DNA from: a virus
Strand: one strand, 5' to 3'
Length of the DNA: 41,118 bases
IMG/VR virus record: IMGVR_UViG_3300012362_000001
Coordinates: 1-41,118 of that record
Within the stretch, counting starts at the first letter, position 1; every line of letters begins with the position of its first letter. The position numbers and the translations under genes are program-made. Shown here in pieces: positions 40,533-41,118 of the stretch. The notes under the pieces were generated by a model that saw only the letters and a list, made by a program, of their open reading frames with translations, made no database searches and was not told where the DNA came from.

Positions 40533-41118
40533 ATGGGCTTCACCAAACTCTTTAGCGACATTCTTTGTTCTTCCGTCTGGAACGAGGACGACAAGACGCG
40601 CATTGTCTGGATAACGCTGCTCGCCTTACGCGGCCCGAACAACGTAGCGCGCGGCTCAATTGACGGCTTAGCGCATCAAGCCCGCGTATCGATTGAAGAC
40701 TGCGAGAAAGCTGTAACGAAGCTTTCGTCACCAGATCAGCACTCAGGGGACCCGGAATTCGACGGGCGCCGAATCGAGAAGGTGCCACACGGCTGGCTTA
40801 TCCTGAACGGCGAGAAGTACCGGGTGCGCAAGGACGGTGAGGACCGCAAAGAGTACATGAACGAGTACATGCGCCAGTACCGCCGTAAACAGTCCGTAAA
40901 CAATCGTAAACAATGTAAACAAAACGTAAATGTTTACGTAAACAAAAACGTAAACAATGTAAACAAAAAGGGCCAAAACGTAAACCCTTCTCTCTCTTCT
41001 CTGCACTCTTCTCTCTTATCCACAGATCAGAATAAAGAGAAGAGTAGCTTGAACGCTTCAAAGCAACCGATTCAAGCCGCGCTTCAAATTGGGCTTGCGC
41101 CCGTTAAAACGCCAGAAA
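40533..41118 (+). CDS. Replication-initiator-like DNA-binding protein, 5' part (open at window end, continues at 3..302)
   Basis: ATG 40533 with no stop before 41118, so it is absent from the ORF track. The N-terminus FTKLFSDILCSSVWNEDDKTRIVWITLLALRGPNNVARGSIDGLAHQARVSIEDCEKAV...GRRIEKVPHGWLILNGEKYR resembles a winged-helix phage replication/DnaD-like module (from recollection). The low-complexity linker coincides with the iteron array. Confidence 0.75.
   Translation, partial: MGFTKLFSDILCSSVWNEDDKTRIVWITLLALRGPNNVARGSIDGLAHQARVSIEDCEKAVTKLSSPDQHSGDPEFDGRRIEKVPHGWLILNGEKYRVRKDGEDRKEYMNEYMRQYRRKQSVNNRKQCKQNVNVYVNKNVNNVNKKGQNVNPSLSSLHSSLLSTDQNKEKSSLNASKQPIQAALQIGLAPVKTPE
40885..40985 (+). repeat. 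Iteron-like array, putative origin of replication
   Basis: GTAAAC occurs at 40885, 40896, 40906, 40915, 40938, 40950, 40959 and 40980. GTAAAT is at 40926 and an inverted GTTTAC at 40932. Spacing is mostly 9-12 bp. Confidence 0.6.
40996..41118. repeat. Terminal direct repeat, right copy (identical to 1..123)
   Basis: Same comparison as the left copy. The repeat lies inside an open reading frame that runs off the window end. Confidence 0.95.
41005..41045. other. Bulged 14-bp dyad next to the iterons (also present at 10..50)
   Basis: ACTCTTCTCTCTTAT pairs with ATAAAGAGAAGAGT, with one bulged C and a 12-nt loop. It lies in a polypyrimidine tract about 20 nt downstream of the last iteron. Confidence 0.4.

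Noticed and set aside
40743-41061. Minus-strand ORFs 40743..41006 and 40798..41061 (V/Y/F-rich)
   Set aside because: Their odd YV/FV-rich sequence is simply the translation of the reverse complement of the GTAAAC repeats. The sense frame is open through the whole region.
1-41118. Searches by eye for tRNA genes, CRISPR arrays, a reverse transcriptase with template/variable repeats (DGR), an integrase with att sites, and stop-codon reassignment
   Set aside because: No cloverleaf-like sequences occur in the few gaps, there are no spaced direct-repeat arrays, and no RT or recombinase motifs are visible. All large genes are intact under the standard code. Absence is judged by eye only and should be confirmed with tRNAscan-SE, minced and HMM searches.

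Overview
The window is a complete tailed dsDNA phage genome. Bases 1..123 are identical to 40996..41118, so the unit length is 40,995 bp, either circularly closed or terminally redundant. One ORF reads through that junction. Coding density is very high, and more than 25 gene junctions are ATGA, GTGA or TAATG overlaps, which I used to choose start codons.

Layout:
- About 0.3-32.6 kb, + strand: a virion and packaging arm. It holds small ORFs, the large terminase (2553..3995) and an island of secreted or glycan-binding proteins (LamG, GH16-like, an FN3 protein). A run of tiny Cys-rich ORFs follows, then portal (8870..10900), scaffold, an HK97-fold major capsid protein (12494..13561) and a possible lysis trio. 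The arm ends with large tail and internal-virion proteins, including a 905-aa GH43-like tail spike and a 1601-aa ejection-type giant protein.
- 32.5-33.5 kb, - strand: a short leftward operon headed by a ribbon-helix-helix (RHH) protein.
- 33.7-41.0 kb, + strand, wrapping to 302: a rightward early operon. It encodes an RHH protein, an Xis-type HTH protein, an annealing-protein candidate, a Cas4-like exonuclease and a RusA-like resolvase split by a -1 frameshift. It also encodes a Lar-like zinc-ribbon membrane protein, an MT-A70 methyltransferase and a replication-initiator-like protein.

No integrase, DNA polymerase, primase, helicase, reverse transcriptase, tRNA or CRISPR array is recognisable.

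Most notable observations:
- A phased GTAAAC iteron array plus an adjacent dyad sits inside the initiator-like gene, an arrangement like lambda O/ori.
- A DWSxFPT peptide motif occurs four times in the giant virion protein and once, just after the TM segment, in the unlinked Lar-like protein.
- A cluster of secreted glycan-targeting genes is inserted between terminase and portal.
- Two divergent RHH genes resemble the P22 Arc/Mnt arrangement.
- AAACGTTT palindromes are confined to the few intergenic gaps.

All functional calls rest on motif recognition by eye and on gene order. No database search was possible.
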